DNA of 64,000 bases. Origin: Torpedo marmorata (taxonomy: Eukaryota). The DNA lies in NCBI GenBank assembly GCA_977017645.1, contig OZ360222.1:179614001-179678000 (forward strand). The letters are read 5' to 3'. Shown in pieces: positions 1 through 11,115 of the stretch. Within the stretch, counting starts at the first letter, position 1; each line of letters starts with the position of its first letter. The translations under genes and the position numbers were made by a program. The notes under the pieces were generated by a model that saw nothing but the letters and a program-made list of their open reading frames with translations, ran no database searches and was not told the origin of the DNA.

Positions 1-599
1 TCCCGTCATCCAAATTACACATTTACAAAGGTGCTCATTTATAGTGATGGATAAAAGCTAAAGTATCCCATTCAAGTAGCCATGCTTGTGTGTCACAGCA
101 TCGTATTGCTGTTCTCACCCAATATCCATTGCAGGTAAACTTTATCATAAGGGTCACTGCCTAGAAGCAGGAGCAGATTTGTGTTCTATTCATATTCTTA
201 AGGGTAATTATGCTTAAAAAATCTGTACCCAAAGGAAATCCAGCAAACTTGGGAATATCTGTTTATACCATTGGCCTCAGCAGCAATGCATTTTAAACTG
301 AGAATTTTGGTGGATACAGAACGATAAACAATTTTTAAGATGACTATCAGGCAAATTTCAGGAAGTTTCTTTTTGATCCTCATATCGAGTCATGAGAAAA
401 ATCAGCATTTTGCAATGGGATAGAGCATTCGGCGATATTAACCATGCAGATCACTTGGTGTATTTGGTTCAGTCAGATGTTGCTTCTTTCCACTGTTGTT
501 TCAGCCAGGGCTCAATTGTTTGCACTCTCATCACTTCACCGACTCAAGCACAATATTTCTATGCTGACAGTCTAATGTGACATCAAGCGAATGCTGTTG

Positions 600-875
600 G
601 AGGTACTACTTGCTTTTCAAAGTGGATGTAAAATATCCCATGGTATTTTGAAGAAAAGGTGAGAGAATTTATCAATGTCCTGACCAATATTCATCCCTCA
701 ATCAGCCTCCAAAAAAATTTACCCAGTCATTATTCGCATTGTGTATTTTGTAGGAATCTTGTTGTGCACACAAGACTATAACCTTTCCTAATCAACAGGG
801 CTATATTCTAAAAATACTTGGTTGTAAAGTGTTTCTAAAAATCATGAAGTTCTGATGCTATTTGATAAATGCAAA
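600..875 (+). mobile_element. Old Deu-domain SINE remnant (SacSINE1/AmnSINE1-like)
   Basis: Degenerate match to recalled Deu-SINE motifs: gtggatgtaaaatatcccatgg, tgtcctgaccaatattcatccctcaa, aaaatacttggttgtaaagtg, ataaatgcaa. Boundaries approximate. Confidence 0.55.
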
Positions 876-1150
876 TCACTCTAATTGTGTAATTAAACCA
901 GTGTAGATAAATTTATGATATCAGTGGGTTATGGTTCCAGCTCCCCAAATTATATAAAACCAGTTGATGAAATGTTGCTTTTTAAAAACTCTCATTTTCC
1001 TGAGAAACATTCTGTGTTGTTGTGTCATGGTAAAGAAAAACACCAGCCTTAGTTGCAGCAGTTTTCAATAACCATATAACCATATAACAATTACAGCACG
1101 GAAACAGGCCATTAGGCCCTTCTAGTCCGCACCAAACCAAACTCTCCTCT

Positions 1151-4100
1151 CTAGTCCCACCTACCTGCACCCTGCCCATAACCCTCCACTTCCTTCTCAT
1201 CCATATACCTGTCCAACTTTTTCTTAAATAATAAAATTGACTCTGCCGCCACTACTTCTCCCGGAAGCTCATTCCACACCGCTACCACTCTCTGAGTAAA
1301 GAAGTTCCCCCTCATGTTACCTCTAAACCTCTGCCCCTTAACTCTTAACTCATGTCCTCTTGTTTCAATCTCTCCTACTCTTAACGGAAATAGTCTATCC
1401 ACGTCCACTCTGTCTATCCCTTTCATAATCTTAAATACCTCTATCAAATCCCCTCTCAACCTTCTACGCTCCAAAGAATAAAGACCTAATATGCTCAATC
1501 TCTCCTTGTACTCTAGATGCTTAAACCCAGGTAACATTCTGGTAAATCTTCTCTGCACTCTCTCCACTCTGTTGATATCCTTCCTATAATTTGGCGACCA
1601 GAACTGCACAGAGAACTCTAAACGAGACCGCACCAACGCCTTATATAATCTCAACATCACTTCCCAACTCCTATATTCTATGCAATGATTGATAAATGCC
1701 AGCATACTAAAAGCCTTCTTCACTACCCTATTCACATGAGTTTCTACCTTCAGGGAACGATGCACCGTTATTCCTAAATCTTTCTGCTCTTCTGTATTCA
1801 TCAATGCTCTCCCATTTACTACGTATGTCCTGTTCTGATTCTTCTTACCAAAATGAAGCACCTCACACTTATCAGCATTAAACTCCATTTGCCATTTTTC
1901 AGCCCACTTTTCTAAGCAGCCCAAATCCCTCTGCAATCCTTGAAAACCTTCTTCATTATCCACTATTCCACCTATCTTAGTATCGTCTGCATATTTACTA
2001 ATCCAGTTCACCACCCCATCATCTAGATCATTAATGTATATCACGAACAACAATGGGCCCAATACAGATCCCTGAGGCACACCGCTGGTCACCGGCCTCC
2101 AACCTGACAGACAATTATCCACTACCACTCTCTGGCCTTTCCCTTTCAGCCAATGTTCAATCCATTTGACTATCTCAAAATTTATACCTAAAGACTGCAC
2201 CTTCCTAACTAACCTTCCATGTGGTACCTTATCGAAGGCCTTACTGAAGTCCATATAGACAACATCCACCGCGCTACGCTCATCCACATTCCTAGTCACC
2301 TCTTCAAAAAATTCAATCAGATTGGTCAAACAGGACCTTTCGCTCACAAATCCATGTTGAGTGTTCCTGATCAGACCCTGTCTATCCAGATATTTATAAG
2401 TACTATCTCTAAGAACTTTCTCCATTAATTTACCTACCACAGACGTCAAACTTACAGGCCGATAATTGCCAGGCTTCCTCCTTGAACCCCTTTTAAATAA
2501 CGGAACCACATGCGCAATACGCCAATCCTCCGGCACTATCCCCATCTCTAATGACATTTGGAAAATCACCGTCAGAGCCTCTGCTATTTCCTCACTTATT
2601 TCTCTCAAGGTCCTGGGGAAGATCCTGTCGGGTCCCGGAGACTTATCCACCTTTATATGCCTCAAAAGCCCTAACACTACATCTTTCGTAATCACTATAT
2701 TCTCCATATTTACCCAATTTGCTTTTTTTATCTCGCATATCCCAATATCCTTCTCCTTGGTGAATACCGAAGAAAAGAAACTGTTCAATATCTCCCCCAT
2801 TTCTCTAGGCTCCACACACAGTTTTCCACTCTGATTCTCTAAGGGACCAATTTTGTCCCTCGCTTTCCTTTTACCATTAACGTATTTGTAGAAACCTTTT
2901 GGATTAATTTTCACCCTGCTTGCTATAGTCTCCTCGTACCTTCTTTTAGCTTTCCTAATTCCTCTCTTAAGATTCCTTTTACATTCAATGTATTTTTCAA
3001 ACATCTCCTTAATTCCATGCTTCTTATACTTAATGTACGCCTCCCTTTTTTTTCGAACCAAGTTTCCAATATTCCTCGAAAACTACGGCTCTCTCAAACC
3101 TTTTGCCCCTCCTTTTAACCTAACAGGTACATAAAGCTTTTGCACTCTCAAAATCTGATCTTTAAAAGACTTCCATCTCTCTACTACATCCTGCCCATAA
3201 AACAAATTGTCCCAATGCACATCCTGTAAGTCCTTTCGCATCTCCTCAAATCTAGCTTTTCCCCAATCAAATACCTCAACCCTTGGCCCTGACTTATCTC
3301 TTTCCATAATGACATTGAAGCTGATGGCATTATGATCACTGGACCCGAAGTGCTCGCCAACACAAACCTCCGTCACTTGACCTATCTCATTTGCCAACAG
3401 TAGATCTAACACTGCTCCTTCTCTGGTCGGTACCTCTACATATTGTTGTAAAAAACTATCCTGCACACATTTCACAAACTCCAACCCATCCAGCCCTTTC
3501 ACAGAATGTGTTTCCCAATCTATATGTGGAAAATTAAAATCTCCCATAATTACAACCCTGTGCTTATCACAAATATCCACTATCTCCCTACAGATTTGCT
3601 CCTCTAGGTCTCGGTCCCCTCCGGGTGGTCTATAATACACCCCTACAAGTGTAACTTCTCCTTTCCCACTCCTCAGTTCTACCCAAATAGCCTCCGTAGA
3701 CGAGCCCTCTAATCTATCCTGCCTAAGCACTGCTGTAATATTCTCCCTGACAAGCAATGCAACACCACCTCCTCTTGCCCCTCCGACTCTATCACACCTA
3801 AAGCAACGAAACCCAGGGATATTCAGCTGCCAATCACATCCCTCCTGCAACCATGTCTCACTAATCGCTACCACATCATACTTCCAAGTATCAATCCACA
3901 CCTTCAGCTCATCCACCTTTTTTACAATACTCCTGGCATTAAATATATGAATTTCAGAGATTTCCCACTTCTTAATCTCTGTTTGCCCTCATCTTTAGTA
4001 ACAACATTATTATTTACTTTTTCTGCCAATTGCCCTTCATCTTCATCCAGAGCATTTCCCTTCTCTATCACCTGCCCATCCATATTCAAACACTGACTAC

Positions 4101-4167
4101 AAACTTTCTCTGTTTGCATTCTAAGCTTCTCCTTACTGCTCTGTACTATTTTGCTCCCTCCCCCCAA
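1151..4167 (-). pseudogene. CR1 ORF2 (APE endonuclease + reverse transcriptase) with one frameshift and one nonsense codon
   Basis: APE motifs VAISETWL, VYYRPP, MGDFN, SDHN; RT motifs PGPD, YRPVSLTS, DFSKAFD, GVPQGSVLGP, YADD. A 1-bp deletion lies near 3940 (IY[F]NARSI). An in-frame TAG at 3083-3085 (EP*FSR, expected W) separates ORFs 3083..3916 and 1151..3061. Confidence 0.93.
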
Positions 4168-4172
4168 CCATT

Positions 4173-4712
4173 CTAGTTTAAAGGATCCTGAGTAGCCCTA
4201 GCAAATACCCCTGCCAGGATCCTGGTCCCCCTGGCATTCAAGTGTAACCCGTCCTTACTGTACAGGTCACATCTTCCCCAAAAAAGGTCCCAGTGATCCA
4301 GATACTTGAAACCCTGCCCCTTACTCCACCCCTTCAGCCACGTGTTAATCCTCCACCTCATTCTATTCCTACTCTCACTGTCACGTGGCACAGGGAGTAA
4401 TCCGGAGATTACTCCCTTTGTGGTCCTTCTTTTTAACTCCCTACCTAACTGCCTGTACTCACTTTTTAGGACCTCTTCTCTATTCCTCCCTATGTCATTG
4501 GTACCTACATGTACCACGACCTCTGGCTCCTGTCCCTCCCCCTTTAGGATATCCGGGACACGAGCAGCAACATCCCGGACCCTGGCACCAGGGAGGCAAA
4601 CCACCATCCGGTTCTCCTTGCTGCGTCCACAGAATCCCCTATCTGTCCTCTTAACTATGGAGTCCCCTACGACTATTGCCCTCCTCTTCCTTTCCCTACC
4701 CTTCTGAGCCAC
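4173..4712 (-). CDS. CR1 ORF1 SGNH esterase domain (partial)
   Basis: Motifs IVVGDSIV, VVVHVGTNDIG and DGLHLN, the GDS / GxND / DxxH blocks of an SGNH hydrolase. Confidence 0.9.
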   Translation of the reverse strand: MAQKGRERKRRAIVVGDSIVKRTDRGFCGRSKENRMVVCLPGARVRDVAARVPDILKGEGQEPEVVVHVGTNDIGRNREEVLKSEYRQLGRELKRRTTKGVISGLLPVPRDSESRNRMRWRINTWLKGWSKGQGFKYLDHWDLFWGRCDLYSKDGLHLNARGTRILAGVFARATQDPLN

Positions 4713-5058
4713 AGGGGCTGACCCCGTGGTGTGAACATTACTGCTTTCATGTGAACATTTCTGTCACTGAACTTGTAGAATTCATGAGGGTTTAGCAATA
4801 AAATAGCAAATGGGATTGGTTATGTTTTATATTTAACAATGTTGCTGAGATTCCCAGATTTAAGAGTGTACAATGTGACGTGGGCAGTTGGTTGGCATAC
4901 TGGTGTTCAGCATCGAGTGCCTAGTTATGCTTTGTACTTGAATGTCCCCCCTCCCCTATCCCCTACTTTGTTAATGTGTACATTAGAGAGATTCTACAAT
5001 TGCCATTCAGTAATTCTGGAAGGAAAGCACACATTTTTTATTAAAAAAAACAGCATCT

Positions 5059-5368
5059 GAGCCCATATATAAAAACTGTTGGTTTAAGGATTTGAAGATC
5101 TCTGGATATCAGATCTGACTGGCGAACCTATCTTCCACAATAAATTCAGTTTATAGTTGTTTTTTTTTTAGATTGACATTCTCCTTAATTTATCTTTTTC
5201 TTTTTTCTTTCTTTTTTTATTTTAGTAGATTAGTAGGGGTGGGAGGGTTAGGGAGGGGTGGGAGGGAGGGGGTGTGTGAAAATGTATCACGTGTATTTTG
5301 ATAATTTTGTATTTTATATTATGTATTCTGTGATTTAAAATTTTTAAGTAAAATATTTAAAAAAAAGA
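5059..5368 (+). mobile_element. 5'-truncated L1 3' end (family A)
   Basis: A-rich tail and TSD aaaaaaaacagcatct (5043-5058 / 5369-5384). Highly similar to ~15564-15858, which carries L1 ORF2 C-terminal coding sequence. Confidence 0.8.
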
Positions 5369-5562
5369 AAAAAAAACAGCATCTTTGAGCAAACTGAATG
5401 TATACTCTAATATTAGTAAGGATGACTTGTAAAACTCAGACCATTGTCCAAGGGAGGTATATACCTGAGAGTCAGCTCTCCATCCTTTGGTCTATTAAAC
5501 TATTAGTCCAAATTCCTTGGGCTTTGGTGTGTTTATTTTTTAAGTAATTAACTTTTATTTCT

Positions 5563-6246
5563 TTCTTTTTCAATCTTTTTATTGGTTTCTTGAAAAAAAC
5601 ATTAGGTTGCAGATACATATGATATAATGTTCAGGTAAAGATAAAATATAATTACAAATAATAAATAACGGTAAACAAGATACGTATGATCCATGTTACT
5701 GATGAAAAAAAAGAAAGAAAGGGAAAAAAAACATCTATTGCTAATCTAATTTCTAACCCCAACCTGAGTGATTGCTGGCAAAGTAAGGCGTCTACTACTG
5801 ATTTCGGTACTAATAGGTTCAAAAAAAAGGGAGAGACATTTTTTTCAAAAAATAACGAGAACCTAAAATAATTACGGTAATCTATAAATTTTGAAAATAG
5901 TTGAAAAAATAACCCCAAAGAGAAGAAAATGTAATACTCGTTTTAGTAGTTGAGCACCTAATTTTCTCTAGAGAAAGGGATGCCATCAAATCCAATAACC
6001 ATTGTGTTTGCGTGGGAGGAACAACACCTTTCCATTGCAGCAGAATAAGCCTTCTAGCAATCAGGGAAGCAAAAGCGACTACATGGGATTGAGATGGAGT
6101 CAAAATTAAGTCCGTTGGTCCACTCACTCCAAAAATAGCAATAAAAGGGCTAGGAGTCAAATTGATATAAGAGTTAAAGATAGAGTACGAAATACCTCTT
6201 TCCAATAGTTACAGAGAGAGGGACATAGCCAAAACATATGATATAA
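5563..6246 (-). mobile_element. 5'-truncated L1 (ORF2 C-terminus + 3' UTR)
   Basis: ORF 5882..6205 IARRLILLQWK...WLLDL...LEKIR is a fish-type L1 C-terminus. 17-bp TSD aattaacttttatttct (5546-5562 / 6247-6263). Confidence 0.85.
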
Positions 6247-6564
6247 AATTAACTTTTATTTCTGAAGTGGGAAAATAAACTATTTGGATATGTTCAAATA
6301 TTCGTGTTCTTGATTTTTTTATCATTGTTCCAATGACTGTAGTTGAAGTAATGAGTTGTCCCTTTCTCTCTGCCATTGTCATTCAGATGTTGGAGCATCG
6401 TGCAATAGTTCAGCAAAGGAGGAAGATATCAGCCAACAACTGTAAAACTGTTCTTTCAATAAGCAGTCCAGTTAGTTGCACTGCTACATTCTTCACATTT
6501 GTGTAATTTTTCTCTTGGCTTTCATCTAATTACTTTTTGAAAACAATAATGCATTTGCAAATGT

Positions 6565-7015
6565 CTCGTGCACTGCTGGACTGAGACCACCCGCAAATTG
6601 AAGGAATAACACCTCATATTCCGTAGGGCACCCTCCAACTGGTTGGCATTGACATTTACTTCTCCGGTTTCCGTTAGCCATCTCTCCCCTTCCCCTTCCC
6701 CTTCCCCTTCCCCTGTCCCAAAGTCTCCTTTCCTCTAGTTCTGTCTCTCTCTCTCTCTCTCTCTTTCTCTTTCCCTCTGTCTCCTTTACTCCACCTTTCC
6801 TCTCCTGTTCTCCCATCATTGTCCAATTATTGCCTTTTGCCTGTTGGCCTCTGCTCCTCCCCCTGCCCCTTTCTTCCCTCCTCCCCTAGCCTTTTTATTC
6901 AGGCACCTGCCTGCTTTTTGCTCTTACCTTGAAGAAGGGCTCAGGCCTGAAATGTTGGTTATATATCTTTACCTCCCATGGATACTGTGAGACCTGCTGA
7001 GTTCCTCCACCATTT
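6565..7015 (+). mobile_element. Penelope-like element 3' fragment
   Basis: Degenerate TRKLxExHLIFR...TLQ...IDI.FSGFR* C-terminus, pyrimidine-rich UTR, and hammerhead-like ccttgaagaagggctcaggcctgaaatgttgg at ~6927. Confidence 0.8.
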
Positions 7016-7017
7016 TC

Positions 7018-7380
7018 GTGATTGGGGATAGTCAACATGGCTTTGTACGTGGGAAATCATGTCTCACAAATTTGATTTTTTTAAAAGAGGTGACTAAGGT
7101 GGTAGATATTGTCTACGTGACTTTAGACAGTCTGGTCCAGAAGGTTAGAATACATGGGATCCAAAATTTGTGCAGTAGTAGGAGGCACAGGGTGGTAGTG
7201 GAAAACTGCTTTTCACATTGAGGTGCCTATGACCTATGGTGTTTCGCAGGGATTGGTGTTGGGTCATCTGTATGTCATATACAGTATTAATGATTTAGAT
7301 CTGGGACTAGCCCAGAATGCCAATTTGGTTGGCTTGGACAAGTTGGGCTGAGGGCCTGTTCTGTGCCAGATGTCTCTACT
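7018..7380 (+). mobile_element. Degenerate CR1 RT fragment
   Basis: SQHGFVRGKSCLTNL motif, with many deletions. Confidence 0.75.
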
Positions 7381-8132
7381 GCTTGACAGCTCAAGGTCTA
7401 TGCCGACATGGGAAAACTAGCATTAATATGGAGAGAGGCAGGGGAGTGAAAACTGAAAAAAAAAAATACAGAGAGAAAAACACAAACAAAGTGACATTTA
7501 AAAGGCTCGTAAAAGATAAAGTACAAAATGATTGCACCCAAAGGAAAGACTTCCCGCTAGTTGACAAGGAGGAACACTTGCATTCCAAATGCAGGGTTGA
7601 GTTTGATGACAAATCAGAAATGATAAAAGGTCAAAGAATCGGCAAGGTACTTGGTTACTACTTTTAATCCCATGATGCAACAGGTTAGGCAGGTGGAAGT
7701 GGGATAGCCAATCCCAACCCTAATAAATTGTTTGTGCATCGAAGAATTGAGGGCAGCCAAATAACGTGATCGAGAGGCAGGTAAGCAGTGGTCATGTTTA
7801 ATTGAGATTTCATGCCTCTTATTTTGTCAGAATGTATGGATATGATTTGTTTAGAGTCATATGGGCCAAACGCAGGGAGGTGGGTCTAGTATGGGTGGGA
7901 CATTTTGGTCGGCATGGGCAATTCAGGCTGAAGGGCCTGTTTTCATGCTGTATCACTCTATGACTTGCCCCAATGACAACAGGAGGACAAGGTATTAGCA
8001 TCACATTCTTGATGAAACTAAACAATAGTTGGAACAATTTACATCAATTTTATGAAAACCTGAACAAGCAGAAAGCTCTGAAGCCTCAAAGTAAAACTTA
8101 TCATTTACAGGTCGAGTGCTCAGGGACTTTCA

Positions 8133-9592
8133 CATAAGCGTATCTAGGGTATGGCAGCTAGGGCACATGCCCTGGGCGCCACTTGCAGGGGGGCGCCACT
8201 GTCCTCGCCACGCCCGCCCAACATCCGAGTCCCTAGCCCAACAATGAATCTCCATCCCAGAAGTGCAGTGCTGCCGGGGCTCACTTGAGCGCCCAGGAAC
8301 GCAGCTCCGGCACCTCACCGGGCCGCTCCGAGCTGGCACCTCATTGGGCCGCTTCCGGGCCACTCCGGCACCTCACTCAATGCGGGATCAATGGGCAAAA
8401 TGGCCGTCTTCCTTACTCATAATCCCCCACTGTTCTGCCAGTGCCAGCGCCAGGGAAACGCAGAGCGGTTCCAGCTGCGTGGGGGATTATGGGTAAGGAG
8501 GACAGCCATGTTGCCCATTGATCCCGCATTGAGCGAGGTGCCGGAGCGGCCCCGAAGCGGCCCAATGAGATGCCGGCCCGGGGCAGCCCGGTGAGGTGCC
8601 GGAGCAGCGCTCCGGTGAGCTCTGGCAGCACTGCACGCAGGGCCGGCGCTACCATTAGGTGAACCAGACCTCAGAGGGGGCACTGGCGACCCTCTGAACA
8701 ATCACAGGTAAGACTTTATTTCGCCCTGAAGTGGCAGCAATTTTTATGTTTGAATCCCGCAAAGTGCCAGGGGAGAGATTATGTGCGTGGAGCGGGAAAA
8801 AAAAACCTGCGCCTGACTTGCCCAATGTTAATCTTCACCGGGAGACCCCTTGTGTTATCCGTGGTCTGCAGTGGACTCTTGCAAAACAAAGGGAGAGTCG
8901 GAGTTTTCATTGAAGTAAGCGGGGAATTGCAGCAGTGAGAATTCAAGAGTTCACCGCAACCCCCCATGTACATGTTCTGTTCCCCACTGAAGCCAGGCAG
9001 AGTTATTCCGGGATGAGAAAGGAAGTTCAGGTACAGGCTGCCCTTCTCGGCTCCACAGTCAGGCCGGTTCGGCCCGGCCTTGGGTGCGGGAGGGGCAGCA
9101 TTCAGTTACCGCCGGTGCGACGGCAGTTAACAGCAATGCGTTTGCAGTTCTCCGGACAGTGCACTCCTGTGCCCGGCTCTGGAATGGCTGCACGTCAATA
9201 TACTGTATATTCAACACGCTGGTTTCTCGAACAAAGCAAACGGGTTTAATCGCATGGCAGGCGCAGAGGCTTTAAACAGAGGAGGGGGGAGGGACTCAGG
9301 GAGAGAGCGAGAGAGACTGCTTCTCTCCGTTAAAAACCTTTCACCCGTCCCACTTCTAACCCTGTTACAATGAACCTGGTTGTGAGTAACGGTGCTGATT
9401 TAGGGAACGGGAATTCATGACCTCTGAGAAAGTGCCCAATACACACGCGGCCGATCTTCAAAACTAGCCCAATTGTGCGTGAAAACCGCCCAACTGTCAA
9501 CTTTATGTGTGATTTTTTTTAACGGGGTGGGGGGAGGGGTGGCGCAATTTCAGTGCTTGCCATAGGTGCTATTTTACGTAGATACGCCACTG
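8133..9592. mobile_element. Non-autonomous hAT-type DNA transposon
   Basis: Imperfect TIRs cataagcgtatcta / tagatacgccactg and an 8-bp TSD gactttca (8125-8132 / 9593-9600). GC-rich interior with no transposase ORF. Confidence 0.8.
8263..8636. repeat. Long imperfect inverted repeat (~160-bp arms, ~48-bp spacer)
   Basis: 8263-8430 is the reverse complement of 8479-8636, e.g. ctcaatgcgggatcaatgggcaa / ttgcccattgatcccgcattgag. Confidence 0.9.
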
Positions 9593-10729
9593 GACTTTCA
9601 GGACACTAATTGCTGGAGTACAGTATTGCCATTGATAAATTAGTATGCCAGTGTGATTACAAAGAAGGCAAGCAGTCAGGAATCATTCACCTTAATTAGA
9701 TTGCTGGTGACTTTCAGCTATATTTCTAGTCAATATTCCATCTAATGCTATAAAAGATGCTTCTGTTTCAGACCAAAGACCTAGCTTTATCTAAATTCTT
9801 TCTGACTTGGAGCTGATGGGAATTACCATGATTGGGGTCCTCAGGGTACATCAAAGGACTGTGTAAACCTTAATGATGACAGGAAAATTATTCAGTCACA
9901 TTTCTTCATTGTGCTTCCAGTGTTCCAATCAGGACCACCGTCTATAAGATTAACTGGAACAATTTGTTGTGCACAAATGAATGTGAAGGTTATAATTATG
10001 TTGGTCAGATTTATTTAAAGAAAACAAACAAAACAATTCTTCAAAGAGTGCAGTTGGCAATGACACTATCTATGTTGCTGATTCGTGCATACTCGCAGGT
10101 CCTTTTTTGTGATGACATCCTGACCCCTCAGGAGAGGTGACAGTCAGACCACTGTGATTGGTTTTGACCCCCTTCTGCTTCGGGTGGGGGGAGGAAAATA
10201 ACAAACCTCTTCATCACTTTCTTGTGACTCGTGTATGGACACTAGGTCATACTTGATTGTGATGTCCACGGTTGAACAAGAAATTAAGATGACTGGGTGA
10301 AAAAGTGAAAAAGAACGTGTGATGCATTGCACCGCCAATGACTTCAGGGTGGTAAAAATGGTTTATTGAAGCTGGGTGCTCTTGCAGTGTTGCCACTGTT
10401 ATATGAAACACCACATCTGATTTGACAGCAAAATCCCACTGACTATTTTTTGTTTGACTCCCTCAGGATTGAGAGTGATTTGCTTTCCCTCCAATGTTAG
10501 CACTGAGGCGGGTAATAACACAGATGTGGGAACTGCACTGTTCTACAGATGGGGTAAGCACAGGCCGATTGGATGGCTGGGTGGGTAGATTGTGAGGTGG
10601 TGTGCTTCCTTTGTTGCTTGTGTAGGGTTTTTGTGTGCTGCCAATGCTTCAAGACTCTAAATACCATCCCAAATGCTCCTTCTCCACTTTGCACAGTGGC
10701 CTTTGGTCATGAAGTCTGTGTGGAGGTGA

Positions 10730-11115
10730 GATAAGAGTTTATTGTCACATACACAATACAATGTACAGGTGCAATGAAATTTTTGCTTGCTGCAAGAAGT
10801 ATGTAAAACACACAAACAATAAGTATGAATTATCATAATGTGCCAGGGGTGAAAAAATATTCGTAGTTGCAGTAGTGCAAAAGAAGGGCTGTTTCAATCA
10901 TGCAAATAGCTGGTGGTCCTGGAGTAGTTAATGGTTAGCATTGTGCATGGAAGTTTAAGAGTTTGATAGCTGTTTGGGGTGGGGTGGGGGAAACTTCTTC
11001 AACCTGGAGGTTTTGGCTTTTAGGCTTCTGTACGCTCTGCCTGAAGGTAGTAGTGGGAAGAGGTTCTGACCAGGGTGGTGAGGGTTCTTTATGATGTTGT
11101 CTGTCTTCACCCTTG
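10730..11115 (-). mobile_element. Rex/Babar-like LINE 3' fragment
   Basis: IIKNPHHPGQNLFPLLPSGRAYRSLKAKTSRL C-terminal motif and a gacaataaa-type tail. Confidence 0.75.

Larger units (their letters stand above)
1069..4730 (-). mobile_element. CR1-clade LINE, nearly complete (5' truncated within ORF1)
   Basis: Esterase ORF1, APE endonuclease and RT in order on the minus strand. The 3' end has a short tandem tail (aaccatat repeats at ~1070-1088). Confidence 0.95.

Noticed and set aside
4173-4712. Captured host or bacterial GDSL lipase
   Set aside because: Esterase is a known ORF1 domain of CR1 elements and sits in the expected position.
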